The translations under genes were made by a program, and so were the position numbers. The notes beneath the pieces were generated by a model. It did no database searches and was not told where the DNA came from. It worked only from the letters and a program-made list of their open reading frames with translations. Below are positions 1 to 8,464 of a DNA stretch of 32,000 nt, piece by piece. The stretch covers positions 60,001 to 92,000 of the forward strand of contig JACPWU010000002.1 in assembly GCA_016196885.1 (NCBI GenBank), written 5' to 3'. Source of the DNA: Chlamydiota bacterium (GTDB lineage Bacteria > Auribacterota > JACPWU01). The first letter of the stretch is position 1. Each line of letters begins with the position of its first letter.

Positions 1-70
1 GGGCCACCCGCATCAATAAAAGGACACACTTTTAAATACAGCATCCATTGATCTAGCCGTGTAGATTTAA

Positions 71-100
71 TTGACGCAAGGGCAAAAAGTTATGTAAAAT
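71..100 (+). promoter_or_regulatory. candidate sigma70-type promoter (TTGACG - 18 nt - TAAAAT)
   Basis: TTGACG at 71-76 and TAAAAT at 95-100, read directly. This would put the transcription start near 107, downstream of ATG 99 and upstream of GGAGG/GTG 138. Confidence 0.35.
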
Positions 101-137
101 GATATCTGTCGAGATCTTCAATGAAAGGAGGCCTTTC

Positions 138-893
138 GTGAATCTCCAACTTGCTTTAAGTTTTCCCTTTAAGGATTCAAATTGGGTGTTGAAGTTGTTG
201 ATCGGGGGTGTCTTGTCTTTGATTGGACTCTTGCCCATGGCGTTTGGGATTTTAGGGGTCGAGAGTGTTTTTTTCAGACTTCTCACTTATGTTTTATTTT
301 TCGGGCTTTTTGTTCTTTTCTTAGGGCCGTTGGGATACGGTTTTTCCATTCTTAAAAGTGCCGAAGAGGGACAATCCCCTTCTCTTCCAGAGTGGAAGGA
401 TTGGGGAGTTATTTTTAAAAATGGTTTGATGGTCTTGGGTGTTTGCTTGGCTTATGGTGTCATTATCTGGGTTTTGGCCTGGCTGGTGGGAATTTTGAGT
501 ACACGCATCCCTGTCTTTGGCTCGATTCTCTCGCTCTTGCAAATTGTGATAGGTTTTCTAACGCTTCTCATCGGGCCTGTGATTGCAATTGCGCTTTGCA
601 AATTGGCTCAAACGGGTCAAATTGCTGCTTCTTTTAAATTTATGGAAGTGCTTTCCGAATTAAAATCCAAAGCGGCAGAATACATCAGTGTTTCTTTGAT
701 TCTGATCGGGATCAAAGAGGTGGTCAAGACTTGCTTGGGACTGAATCTTTATCAATACATGATGGCCGCCCGCGTCTTTTGGAAACCTGCGGCGATGACT
801 TTTCCCTTGGTGGCGTGGCTGACCCCCTTTGCCCTGTTTTGGATTCTGATTGTTTCGTTTCGGATGTATGGGGAGATTTACGGGAAAAAGTAG
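138..893 (+). CDS. DUF4013-like polytopic membrane protein
   Basis: ORF track 99..893. LALSFPFKDSNWVLKLLIGGVLSLIG resembles the N-terminal signature I associate with DUF4013 proteins, and there are multiple hydrophobic helices. The in-frame GTG at 138 has GGAGG at 127-131, so I prefer it over ATG 99. Confidence 0.6.
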   Translation: MNLQLALSFPFKDSNWVLKLLIGGVLSLIGLLPMAFGILGVESVFFRLLTYVLFFGLFVLFLGPLGYGFSILKSAEEGQSPSLPEWKDWGVIFKNGLMVLGVCLAYGVIIWVLAWLVGILSTRIPVFGSILSLLQIVIGFLTLLIGPVIAIALCKLAQTGQIAASFKFMEVLSELKSKAAEYISVSLILIGIKEVVKTCLGLNLYQYMMAARVFWKPAAMTFPLVAWLTPFALFWILIVSFRMYGEIYGKK

Positions 894-959
894 AGGGGTA
901 AGAGAAAATTTATATTAGCAAGCGAGAACGATAGAATTGAGTTATTGAACGTCGCGGGG

Positions 960-1102
960 CCTGCCCCTCCTCACCCCCCCACCGGCGGCACAGAGGTTAT
1001 AGCCCCTGTGGGGTCGGTGTCGGGAAAGTTTTGAGAATAAATATTTAGAGTCGGGGGCTCCACCTGCTGGCGTCCGGTGGGGGACCCCCAGTCGGGTCAC
1101 CC
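960..1102 (+). repeat. terminal-box intergenic element, copy 1 (143 bp)
   Basis: The 5' box CCTGCCCCTCCTCA (960-973) and the 40-nt 3' box CCTGCTGGCGTCCGGTGGGGGACCCCCAGTCGGGTCACCC (1063-1102) recur in the same order and orientation at 5840-5853 and 5983-6022. The interiors differ but are hairpin-rich. Confidence 0.75.
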
Positions 1103-1108
1103 GCTCCT

Positions 1109-2452
1109 ATGACCCATTTGAGTTCTATTTTTCCGTTTAGAGGGGTGGGTGTGAATTTCAAAGATCGAGTTAAAGAACGTGATATTTGTGTGGGTGTGAT
1201 TGGTTTGGGCTATGTGGGTCTTCCTTTGGCGGTGGCTTTTGCCGAAGCTGGATTTCATACCTTGGGATTTGATCTTCTCAAAGAGAAAGTAGCCAAGATC
1301 AATCAAGGCCTTTCTTATATTCCGGATGTTGCAAAAAATCGTTTGAGGCCTCTCGTCAAAAAGGGTCTTCTCGAGGCCACTTCTGACTTTTCCCGTCTTC
1401 GAGAAGTGGATGCCATCAGCATTTGTGTTCCGACCCCTTTGAGGAAAACCAAAGATCCTGATATCTCTCATATCATTCAGTCTGTCGAGGCTGTGGCTCA
1501 ATATTTAAGGAAAGGGCAATTGGTTGTTCTGGAAAGCACGACTTATCCGGGAACGACAGAGGAGGTGGTTTTGCCAATTCTAGAGGGAAAAGGCAAAAAG
1601 GTAGGAAAAGATTTTTTTCTGGCTTTTTCTCCTGAGCGAATTGATCCTGGCAATGCGCATTATGAGACGCGAAATATTCCAAAGATTATCGGGGGTATGA
1701 CACCCCTTTGTACAGAGCGGGCAAAGACTTTGTATGAGAGCATCGTTGTTCAAGTCGTAAGTGTTTCTTCCACCCAAGTCGCAGAGATGGTAAAGCTTCT
1801 TGAGAATACCTTTCGTGCGGTGAACATTGGTCTTGTGAATGAGATGGCCATTCTGTGCCATAAAATGCGTATTGATATGTGGGAGGTGATTGAAGGGGCA
1901 CGGACGAAACCCTTTGGATTCATGGCTTTTTATCCAGGCCCTGGCTTGGGGGGACATTGCATTCCGGTGGATCCCATTTATCTTTCCTGGAAGGCAAAAC
2001 TCATTAATTCTGAAGCCCGGTTCATTGATTTGGCTGCGCAAGTGAATGGCCAAATGCCTCATCATGTGAGGGATTTGGTGGTGGAGGGTTTGAATCGGGA
2101 GAAAAAGGCGCTTAATGGCGCCAAGATTTTGATTTTGGGCGTCACCTACAAAAAAGATGTGGATGATGTCAGAGAATCTCCTGCGCTTGATATTTGGAAA
2201 TTGCTGTCAGAGGGAGGAGGGGACGTGTCTTATCACGATCCTTATGTTCCTCAACTTCGAATTGAACTGAAAACTTTTAAGTGTCAACCTCTGACGTCTA
2301 AAGTCTTAAAACAGGCAGACGCCGTTGTCATTATTTCCGATCACAGCGTGTTTAATTATGCAAAAATTGTGAAAGAAGCCCGTCTTGTTGTAGATACCCG
2401 CCATGCGACTCGGAATGTGAAGAGTGGGCGAGATAAGATTGTGAAAATATAG
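1109..2452 (+). CDS. nucleotide-sugar dehydrogenase (UDP-glucose/GDP-mannose dehydrogenase family; UDP-N-acetyl-hexosamine dehydrogenase-like)
   Basis: Rossmann motif VIGLGYVGLPLA, catalytic-Cys motif GLGGHCIPVDP, 447 aa. An alternative GTG start lies at 1151. Confidence 0.9.
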   Translation: MTHLSSIFPFRGVGVNFKDRVKERDICVGVIGLGYVGLPLAVAFAEAGFHTLGFDLLKEKVAKINQGLSYIPDVAKNRLRPLVKKGLLEATSDFSRLREVDAISICVPTPLRKTKDPDISHIIQSVEAVAQYLRKGQLVVLESTTYPGTTEEVVLPILEGKGKKVGKDFFLAFSPERIDPGNAHYETRNIPKIIGGMTPLCTERAKTLYESIVVQVVSVSSTQVAEMVKLLENTFRAVNIGLVNEMAILCHKMRIDMWEVIEGARTKPFGFMAFYPGPGLGGHCIPVDPIYLSWKAKLINSEARFIDLAAQVNGQMPHHVRDLVVEGLNREKKALNGAKILILGVTYKKDVDDVRESPALDIWKLLSEGGGDVSYHDPYVPQLRIELKTFKCQPLTSKVLKQADAVVIISDHSVFNYAKIVKEARLVVDTRHATRNVKSGRDKIVKI

Positions 2453-2477
2453 ATTATTTTAAGTGCCCAGGCTTGTG

Positions 2478-2590
2478 CATTTGACTCAAATGTCGTCTAT
2501 TTGTAGTCGCCCCATTCATGGGGCAATGTGTGGATTGCCCGATAAATCGGGCGACTACGCTTGACGGATCAAGGATACTTGAGTCAAGTG
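2478..2590 (+). repeat. nested palindromic structured element, copy 1
   Basis: Outer inverted repeat TTGACTCAA / TTGAGTCAA. A 10-bp stem GTAGTCGCCC (2503-2512) / GGGCGACTAC (2549-2558). Two inner 6-bp tetraloop hairpins, GCCCCAttcaTGGGGC and GCCCGAtaaaTCGGGC. A near-identical copy lies at 21644-21781. Confidence 0.85.
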
Positions 2591-2600
2591 TATAAGCATA

Positions 2601-2957
2601 TTAAGTGTGAATCAACAGTTTTAATTCGCTCGCATGTGCAAATCGTTTGAAGTCCTGATCTCTTGTAATTAAAGGAATTCCGTGGGCTAGGCAACTTTGG
2701 GCGATGAGTGTATCTGCCAGACGGGCCTTTTCTCCTTTGGCGAGTAGATGAGATCTTAAGAAACCGGCTCTTTCCCAATAACCTTGGTCAGAGACTAAGA
2801 AATATATTTTTTTCTTGCCCCTTGCCGCTTGCTGCTTGACCCTTGCCTTATGACCCTGTATTGTCATTCGTTTGGGGTGTTTGCCAGCTTTCGGAATCAT
2901 TGGTATGATGATGCCCATCGGGGCATTTCTTTTTGCGGTGTTTGTGGCAGATCCCAT
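2601..2957 (-). pseudogene. degenerate or truncated PIN-domain (VapC-like) toxin remnant
   Basis: The C-terminal 65 aa (WERAGFLRSHLLAKGEKARLADTLIAQSCLAHGIPLITRDQDFKRFA) look like the second half of a PIN domain. The N-terminal half lacks the DT..-type acidic motif, and there is no adjacent antitoxin. The 5' end overlaps the udg start region. Confidence 0.45.
2911..2935 (+). terminator. intrinsic-terminator-like hairpin with T-run
   Basis: ATGCCC-atcg-GGGCAT (2911-2926) followed by TTCTTTTTG. It lies just upstream of the udg ATG 2975, and its role is unclear (antisense terminator or attenuator). Confidence 0.3.
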
Positions 2958-2974
2958 ACAAGAGAAAACTAAAT

Positions 2975-3718
2975 ATGAACGAGCTTAAAAAAATTTTTCA
3001 AGAAATTTACAATCGCCTGATTTTGGAAAAACAGTCAGGGAAGAAAACCCTTTTTCTTCCGACCTTTTCAGAAAATTCTAAACTTTTTGCTGAAGGGGAG
3101 AAAGTTGAAAGGGTAACCGCTTCTGGGAAAGTAGAAATGTTGGGACATCGGCCTGTGGTTCAGATTGCATCGTCTTTTCGAGAGTTTCGTGAAAAGGTTT
3201 TGAAATGTGAGCGTTGTGCTTTAGCCGGGGGCAGAACCCAGGTTGTTTTTGGCACGGGCAATGAAAAGGCCTCTTTGCTTTTTGTAGGGGAGGCGCCTGG
3301 ATTTGATGAAGACCGTCTGGGAGAGCCTTTTGTGGGTAAGGCGGGACAGCTTCTGACAAAGATGATTGAGGCGATGGGGCTTAAAAGAGAGGATGTTTAC
3401 ATTGCCAATATTATTAAATGTCGTCCGCCTAACAACCGTACACCAGAGCCTTCAGAAATTGAGCAGTGTTATCCCTATCTTTTGGAACAGATTCGGCGTA
3501 TTTCTCCAAAGGTGATTTGTGCCTTGGGGAATGTCGCTGCGCAGACCCTGCTCGGAACAGAAAAGACGATTACGAGATTAAGGGGCCTTTTTCAGGATTG
3601 GAATGGAATTAAATTAATGCCCACTTTTCATCCCTCTTATCTCCTTAGAAATCCGGAGTACAAACGCGAGGTTTGGAGAGATTTACAGTGGGTGATGAAG
3701 GAGTTAGTAAGCGCGTAA
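2975..3718 (+). CDS. udg: uracil-DNA glycosylase, family 4
   Basis: Motifs GEAPGFDED, FVGKAGQLL and HPSYLLRN, plus an N-terminal CERC Cys pair. The track start 2933 is a TTG inside the hairpin/T-run, so ATG 2975 (MNELKK...) is preferred. Confidence 0.9.
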   Translation: MNELKKIFQEIYNRLILEKQSGKKTLFLPTFSENSKLFAEGEKVERVTASGKVEMLGHRPVVQIASSFREFREKVLKCERCALAGGRTQVVFGTGNEKASLLFVGEAPGFDEDRLGEPFVGKAGQLLTKMIEAMGLKREDVYIANIIKCRPPNNRTPEPSEIEQCYPYLLEQIRRISPKVICALGNVAAQTLLGTEKTITRLRGLFQDWNGIKLMPTFHPSYLLRNPEYKREVWRDLQWVMKELVSA

Positions 3719-3810
3719 GTGTCTAAGTGCTTAGGTGCTTAAGTTGAAAAGGAAATAAATTTATTCCTTATTAACTTAAGCACTTAGACACTTATCAACT
3801 TAAGCACTCA
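3716..3810. repeat. word hairpin WH1 (octamer TAAGTGCT-like arms)
   Basis: Left arm TAAGTGTCTAAGTGCTTAGGTGCTTAAGTT and right arm AACTTAAGCACTTAGACACTTATCAACTTAAGCACTCA are complementary, with an 8-nt bulge. The inner part AAGGAAATAAATTTATTCCTT is palindromic. WH1 fills the udg-priA spacer. Confidence 0.85.
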
Positions 3811-3821
3811 CATGTATTCTT

Positions 3822-5819
3822 ATGAACTACGCCCGTCTTTTTTTTGAAGTTCCATTAAAGCAAGGTTTTGATTACCTCATTCCTGAACACTTGCGATCCC
3901 AGGTGGTGGAAGGTTCTCGCGTCTTGGCCCCTTTCGGTCGCGCGAGGAAGTGGGGTTATGTGAAGGAACTTTTAGTCAAGCCGGATGTATCTGAAGTGAA
4001 AGAAATTTTAGAAATTGCAGAAGGCCCTCCCGTTTTTACGCCTGCCCTTTTTCAATTGGCCCAGTGGATGAGCGATTATTACCTTTCTCCTCTGGGCATG
4101 GTTTTGAGAACGATGTTGCCCGGTCCATTTCGAAAATTTCGTTCAGCGACATCGAGAGTGAAGGAGACTCTTTTCGAAGAAGAAAATGAAATGGAGTCCC
4201 CTCATCTCTTGAATGAAGAACAGAAAAAGGCCCAAGGGCTTATTTTTAAAAGATTAGATGAAGCCATTTTTTCCGTGGTTCTCATTCATGGTGTGACGGG
4301 CAGTGGAAAAACGGAGCTCTATCTTTCGAGTATTGAAAAAGTCTTGGCCCAAGGAAAAGATGTGATTGTGCTGGTGCCTGAAATTTCTTTGACGCCACAA
4401 ACAGTAGAGCGGGTAAAAAATCGCTTTGGTAAAATTGTGGCCTTGATGCACAGCCGCATGAGCGAGGGGGAGCGCGTTAAGGAATGGGAGAGAATTCAAA
4501 GGGGTGAGGCCCGCATTGGGGTAGGGCCTCGTTCTGCGGTGTTTGCGCCTTTTCGGAATTTAGGTCTGATCATTGTGGATGAAGAGCATGAGCGTACCTA
4601 TAAACAAGAAGAAATGCCGCGTTATCAGGGTCGGGATGTCGCGATCATGCGGGCCAAGTTCGAAAGGGCCGTGGTGCTTTTGGGATCGGCGACTCCGGCT
4701 TTGGAGTCCTATTTTAACGCAGAACAGGGAAAATACGATCTTGTGACTCTTTTGAAGCGCGTGATGAACCGGCCCATGCCGGAGGTGCGAGTTGTGGACA
4801 TGCGCAAAGAATCAGAAGCTTATGGACGACTTATTTCTTTTTCCAAAACGTTAAGTGATGAGATCAATGAACGGCTGAAGCGTCGGGAGCAAGTGATTCT
4901 ATTTTTAAATCGTCGCGGCTATGCCCCCATGGTTTTATGTCCCAAATGTGGTCATGTCATTATTTGCGTGGAGTGCGATCAGGCAATGACCTATCATCGG
5001 AACAGAGAATACATGCTTTGCCATCTATGTGAATCTCAAATTCCCATTCCTCAAAAGTGTCCGAAATGCGAGCATCCTAGGCTTCATCGCTTGGGGGTGG
5101 GAACGCAGCGCATTGAAACCCATTTGGAAAAAATTTTGCCTCATGCGACGCTTCGCCGCATGGATACGGACTCGACACGGACTAAAGATGCGCATGAAAA
5201 AATTCTACAGTCTTTTCGATCAGGGGAGGTTCAAATCCTGGTGGGAACCCAGATGATTGCGAAGGGGCTAGATTTCCCAAATGTCACTTTGGTGGGGGTG
5301 ATGAGTGCAGATGTGGCCATGAGTCTTCCGGATTTCAGAATGGGCGAGCATACGTTTCAGTTGTTAACCCAGGTGGCAGGCCGCTCAGGAAGGGGAGACA
5401 AAAAGGGGGTGGTGTTGATTCAGACGCTCACGCCCTTTCATCCTGTGATTCGAGCGGCGATGGCGCAAGATTATTTACAATTTTATAAAAGCGAATTGGT
5501 TTATCGCAAACAGTTGGTCTATCCTCCTTTTTCGCGCATTGTCTCCATGGAATTTGAAGGCAAGCCTGAGCCCAAGGTCATTCAGGTGGCGAAAGAAATG
5601 AGCGTCTTAGTCAAAAAACATCTTCCCTCCTCAACTCGCGTTTTCGGTCCTCATCAAGCGCCCATTTCCAAGATCAAAGGAAAATTCCGCTGGCAAATCA
5701 TTCTTTTTTATCCGCGTGGCCAATCCATTCATGAACCTTTGAGACGGGTTCTGGATGATTTTAATCAGGATAGATTAGTGAAGGTGATGATCGACGTGGA
5801 TCCGGTGAGTTTGATTTAG
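3822..5819 (+). CDS. priA: primosomal protein N' (replication restart helicase PriA)
   Basis: Walker A GVTGSGKTE, DEEH box, Cys-rich zinc region CPKCGHVIICVECDQ...CHLC...CPKCE, 665 aa. Confidence 0.95.
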   Translation: MNYARLFFEVPLKQGFDYLIPEHLRSQVVEGSRVLAPFGRARKWGYVKELLVKPDVSEVKEILEIAEGPPVFTPALFQLAQWMSDYYLSPLGMVLRTMLPGPFRKFRSATSRVKETLFEEENEMESPHLLNEEQKKAQGLIFKRLDEAIFSVVLIHGVTGSGKTELYLSSIEKVLAQGKDVIVLVPEISLTPQTVERVKNRFGKIVALMHSRMSEGERVKEWERIQRGEARIGVGPRSAVFAPFRNLGLIIVDEEHERTYKQEEMPRYQGRDVAIMRAKFERAVVLLGSATPALESYFNAEQGKYDLVTLLKRVMNRPMPEVRVVDMRKESEAYGRLISFSKTLSDEINERLKRREQVILFLNRRGYAPMVLCPKCGHVIICVECDQAMTYHRNREYMLCHLCESQIPIPQKCPKCEHPRLHRLGVGTQRIETHLEKILPHATLRRMDTDSTRTKDAHEKILQSFRSGEVQILVGTQMIAKGLDFPNVTLVGVMSADVAMSLPDFRMGEHTFQLLTQVAGRSGRGDKKGVVLIQTLTPFHPVIRAAMAQDYLQFYKSELVYRKQLVYPPFSRIVSMEFEGKPEPKVIQVAKEMSVLVKKHLPSSTRVFGPHQAPISKIKGKFRWQIILFYPRGQSIHEPLRRVLDDFNQDRLVKVMIDVDPVSLI

Positions 5820-5839
5820 ATTTTTATCCCATTGTGAGT

Positions 5840-6022
5840 CCTGCCCCTCCTCATCCAGCAAAGGAGGTTTTTCTGCCAGTGGCAGAAAAAAGCCGACTGC
5901 GGTAGTAAATGTTCTTTTTCCTCTGTCCCCATCGATGGCATCGGCTTCGTTAATGGTTTTTTGTTTAAGTCTTATGTCTCAGCCTGCTGGCACTCGATGG
6001 GGGACCCCCAGTCGGGTCACCC
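5840..6022 (+). repeat. terminal-box intergenic element, copy 2 (183 bp)
   Basis: It carries the same 5' box (5840-5853) and 3' box (5983-6022, 34/40 identical, including TGGGGGACCCCCAGTCGGGTCACCC) as copy 1. The interior is unrelated but hairpin-rich (TTCTGCCAgTGGCAGAA at 5871-5887). Confidence 0.75.
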
Positions 6023-6076
6023 ACAATGTGATAAAAAAGGGGTGGTGTGGTAAAAAAAATCATCTCAAAATTAATA

Positions 6077-6097
6077 ATCATACTATGATTGTATGAT
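6077..6097 (+). promoter_or_regulatory. palindromic operator-like site upstream of vapB
   Basis: ATCATAcTATGAT is a perfect 6+1+6 palindrome at 6077-6089, with a further TATGAT half-site at 6092-6097. It lies 25-45 nt upstream of the vapB start, which is typical geometry for antitoxin autoregulation. Confidence 0.3.
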
Positions 6098-6120
6098 AAA
6101 TAATGACGTATGAGAGGTGA

Positions 6121-6321
6121 ATGATGAAGATTACAACATATATTGATGGAGATCTCTTGAAGCGGGCTTTAAAGGAAACAGGATCTCATTCTCAGCGTGA
6201 GGTGATTGAGACAGGTCTCAGAAATCTCTTAGCTGATTTTAAAAGAAAGCGTTTTGTGAAGGATTTTAATAACCTGCGCCTCAATCTTTCTCTGGAAACC
6301 CTTAAAAAAGAGCGTTCATGA
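6121..6321 (+). CDS. vapB: VapB-type (ribbon-helix-helix/DUF2191-like) type II antitoxin
   Basis: MKITTYIDGDLLKRALKETGSHSQREVIETGLRNLL matches the familiar VapB pattern (T.dID.eLl..A...tg...krevv..aLr.l). 66 aa. The true start may be ATG 6124. Confidence 0.7.
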   Translation: MMKITTYIDGDLLKRALKETGSHSQREVIETGLRNLLADFKRKRFVKDFNNLRLNLSLETLKKERS

Positions 6322-6418
6322 CAAAGCTATCTTTCTTCATGCAGACATCGATTTTGACCGAATTGCTAAAATTTGCTCTCCACAGGTAGAGAGCTGTGTC
6401 AAAGAAACACGAGAGTAA
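6320..6418 (+). pseudogene. vapC (PIN) toxin remnant, last ~32 codons only
   Basis: The frame starting at 6320 reads DKAIFLHADIDFDRIAKICSPQVESCVKETRE*, a typical PIN C-terminal end (T.D.DF.rI). It is out of frame with the ATG (6318) that overlaps the vapB stop. The rest of the toxin is missing. Confidence 0.5.
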
Positions 6419-6432
6419 TAGGTTGAGTAAAT

Positions 6433-7827
6433 TTATTTCTGATACGCCTTCTGAACCCTCTGTGAGACGTCTTTGTAGGCGATGTCGACTTCGAAGATTT
6501 TTTTGTATTCCATGACGGCTTTGGGGATTTGATTCATGGCTTCGTAGACGAGGCCTAGATGGTAGAGGACGTCTTTTTTGAAGGCGTCCATGTCTGTGAG
6601 TTCTTCGGAAACTTTTAACAGTTGTTTTTCGGCCAGGTCATAAAATTTTTTCTCAAGGAAGCACAGACCCAGATAATAAAGGGCTTTGAGCCTTTTCTGA
6701 GGATCCTTCGCAGCTTGCTGAAATTCCTGGATGGCATGATCGAACTGCCCTGCTCCATAGTAAAGACTCCCCAGTTCGTAACGGTAAGGCAGTTGGTTAG
6801 GGTAGCGTTCGACCCGCTTTTTGCATTCTAAAAGGGCCATTTCACTTTTTTGCTTTTCGAGTTCTTGAATTTGTTGGGTGAGGGACGCATCCGTTGATTT
6901 TTTCGCGAATTCATTGCGGAGTCTAAAAAGTTTTTCTTCTGTTTTTCTGAGTGTCAAAATCGAGACTTGTTGAGCAAATCCGCCATCTGAAGGAAGAAGC
7001 TTGGCCAATTTTTCATAAGTGGCGATGGCGTGATCGTATTCTTTCCCTTGTTCATAGAACTTGGCCAATTCGCGTAATAAAGAAGTGTTATCCGGTTGAT
7101 TCTGCAATTTTTTCTGAAGATCAGCCACCAAGAGTGTCAAATCCTCTTCGCTTTTCACAACCCGGCCCTGGGTTTCCAGAAGGTTTGCCTCTTTCTCATC
7201 CCTGATTTTGTTCCGATAAGTCGAGGTGTCCGACCATTGTCCCTGTTGAATGGTGCGCATGGCCTCAATGTCCTTGAATCCTTTGGCGGCCACTGGATCG
7301 GATGAATTTTTCTTGAGCGCTTCTTGAAAATATTTTTTGGACTTTTCAAAATTTCCTTCCTTAAGATGGAGCTGAGCCAGTTGGTTTAAGACAGAGGTGT
7401 CTTGGGGGCAGAGTTTTCTCAAAATTTCAAAGGTGTCTTGCGCCGTTTGCGTCCAGCCTAAGAGAAGGGCGGTGAGGGCCAGTTTTTTTAAGGCATAGAT
7501 GTTTGTCGGATCAATTTTCAAAATAAGTTCCAGTGTTTGGGTTATGGCCAAATCTCTTTTTCTCATTTCTTGAATAAAAAGAAGACCCCATAAGGGAAGG
7601 GTAAAAATCCATTGAAAAACTTTTTTTGGGAGGAGAAATTTTCCGCTTTCCGCTTTTTGAAGCTGAAGCGTTCTAAGAAGAGCCCTCGCCTTGTGAAAAT
7701 CAGGGTAAGAGAGGAGAAGATTCTTGAGCAGCGTGGAGGCATATTTGAAATGGCCCATGTTGTAGGCCTCTTTCGCCTTCTCATAGAAATCAGTCGCTCT
7801 TTGAGATATTTCGTGCTGAGATCCCAT
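6433..7827 (-). CDS. TPR-repeat protein with one N-proximal hydrophobic segment
   Basis: 464 aa with repeated A..Y/F..A...P helical-pair motifs throughout, and a hydrophobic stretch VFQWIFTLPLWGLLFI. Confidence 0.75.
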   Translation of the reverse strand: MGSQHEISQRATDFYEKAKEAYNMGHFKYASTLLKNLLLSYPDFHKARALLRTLQLQKAESGKFLLPKKVFQWIFTLPLWGLLFIQEMRKRDLAITQTLELILKIDPTNIYALKKLALTALLLGWTQTAQDTFEILRKLCPQDTSVLNQLAQLHLKEGNFEKSKKYFQEALKKNSSDPVAAKGFKDIEAMRTIQQGQWSDTSTYRNKIRDEKEANLLETQGRVVKSEEDLTLLVADLQKKLQNQPDNTSLLRELAKFYEQGKEYDHAIATYEKLAKLLPSDGGFAQQVSILTLRKTEEKLFRLRNEFAKKSTDASLTQQIQELEKQKSEMALLECKKRVERYPNQLPYRYELGSLYYGAGQFDHAIQEFQQAAKDPQKRLKALYYLGLCFLEKKFYDLAEKQLLKVSEELTDMDAFKKDVLYHLGLVYEAMNQIPKAVMEYKKIFEVDIAYKDVSQRVQKAYQK

Positions 7828-7918
7828 TCCCTATCCTTTGCGATAAGTTTGTGTCAATGAATATTTTCTCTAAATTCTAAAAGACGAGTCTAGAGAAGGT
7901 ATGATATCATAAAGCCCT

Positions 7919-8464
7919 ATGATTCGAGAAATTCGTTTATACGGGGATCCTGTTTTGAGGCGCAAGGCTGAAGAGGTGAAGGCCTTTGATGCGCGGCTCA
8001 AGGCCCTCGTCCAGGATATGTTTGAGACCATGGAGGATGCGGGTGGAGTCGGGCTTGCGGCTCCACAGATTGGGATTTCCCAAAGGATTTTTGTGATTGA
8101 TTTAAAGGGTCCCGCGACGCGTTTAGGGGTGATCAATCCTCATCTAAAAATATCGGGTCCTTTGATCAAGGGATCAGAGGGGTGCCTTTCCATCCCTGGA
8201 ATTTCTGCTCAGGTGGCCAGGCCAGCGCATGTGCATCTTCAGGCGATGGATGAGGAGGGAAGGCCTTTTGAACTCGAGGCCGAGGGGCTCATGAGCCGGG
8301 CCCTGCAGCATGAATTGGATCATTTGGACGGCATTTTCTTTCTGGACCGCCTCAGTTTAACGCAGAGATCTCTCCTTTTAACAAAGGTCAAGCGGCTGGA
8401 GAAAGAGGTCGCTGCGGGTCACAAGGTGGAGAGGCCCCGGGAAAACGCCGAGAGTGTTCTTTAA
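7919..8464 (+). CDS. def: peptide deformylase
   Basis: Motifs GVGLAAPQIG, EGCLSIPG and HELDHLDG. Confidence 0.95.
   Translation: MIREIRLYGDPVLRRKAEEVKAFDARLKALVQDMFETMEDAGGVGLAAPQIGISQRIFVIDLKGPATRLGVINPHLKISGPLIKGSEGCLSIPGISAQVARPAHVHLQAMDEEGRPFELEAEGLMSRALQHELDHLDGIFFLDRLSLTQRSLLLTKVKRLEKEVAAGHKVERPRENAESVL

Noticed and set aside
1097-2065. Numerous antisense or out-of-frame track ORFs inside conserved genes (for example 1097..1501-, 1580..2065-, 12328..12843-, 25971..26288-, 27625..28026-, 18727..19158+).
   Set aside because: Each is embedded in a gene with strong family motifs on the other strand or in another frame. None shows a recognisable motif or RBS. These are typical shadow ORFs.
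2933-2974. Longer upstream starts offered by the ORF track: udg TTG 2933, cusC 22299, cusA 25276, 29465 TTG, 29949, fmt 9226, dinJ-like 20441, and ATG 99.
   Set aside because: In each case an internal start has a better RBS or stop/start overlap. The internal start also matches the family N-terminus or signal peptide, while the extension runs through a hairpin, repeat arm or promoter.
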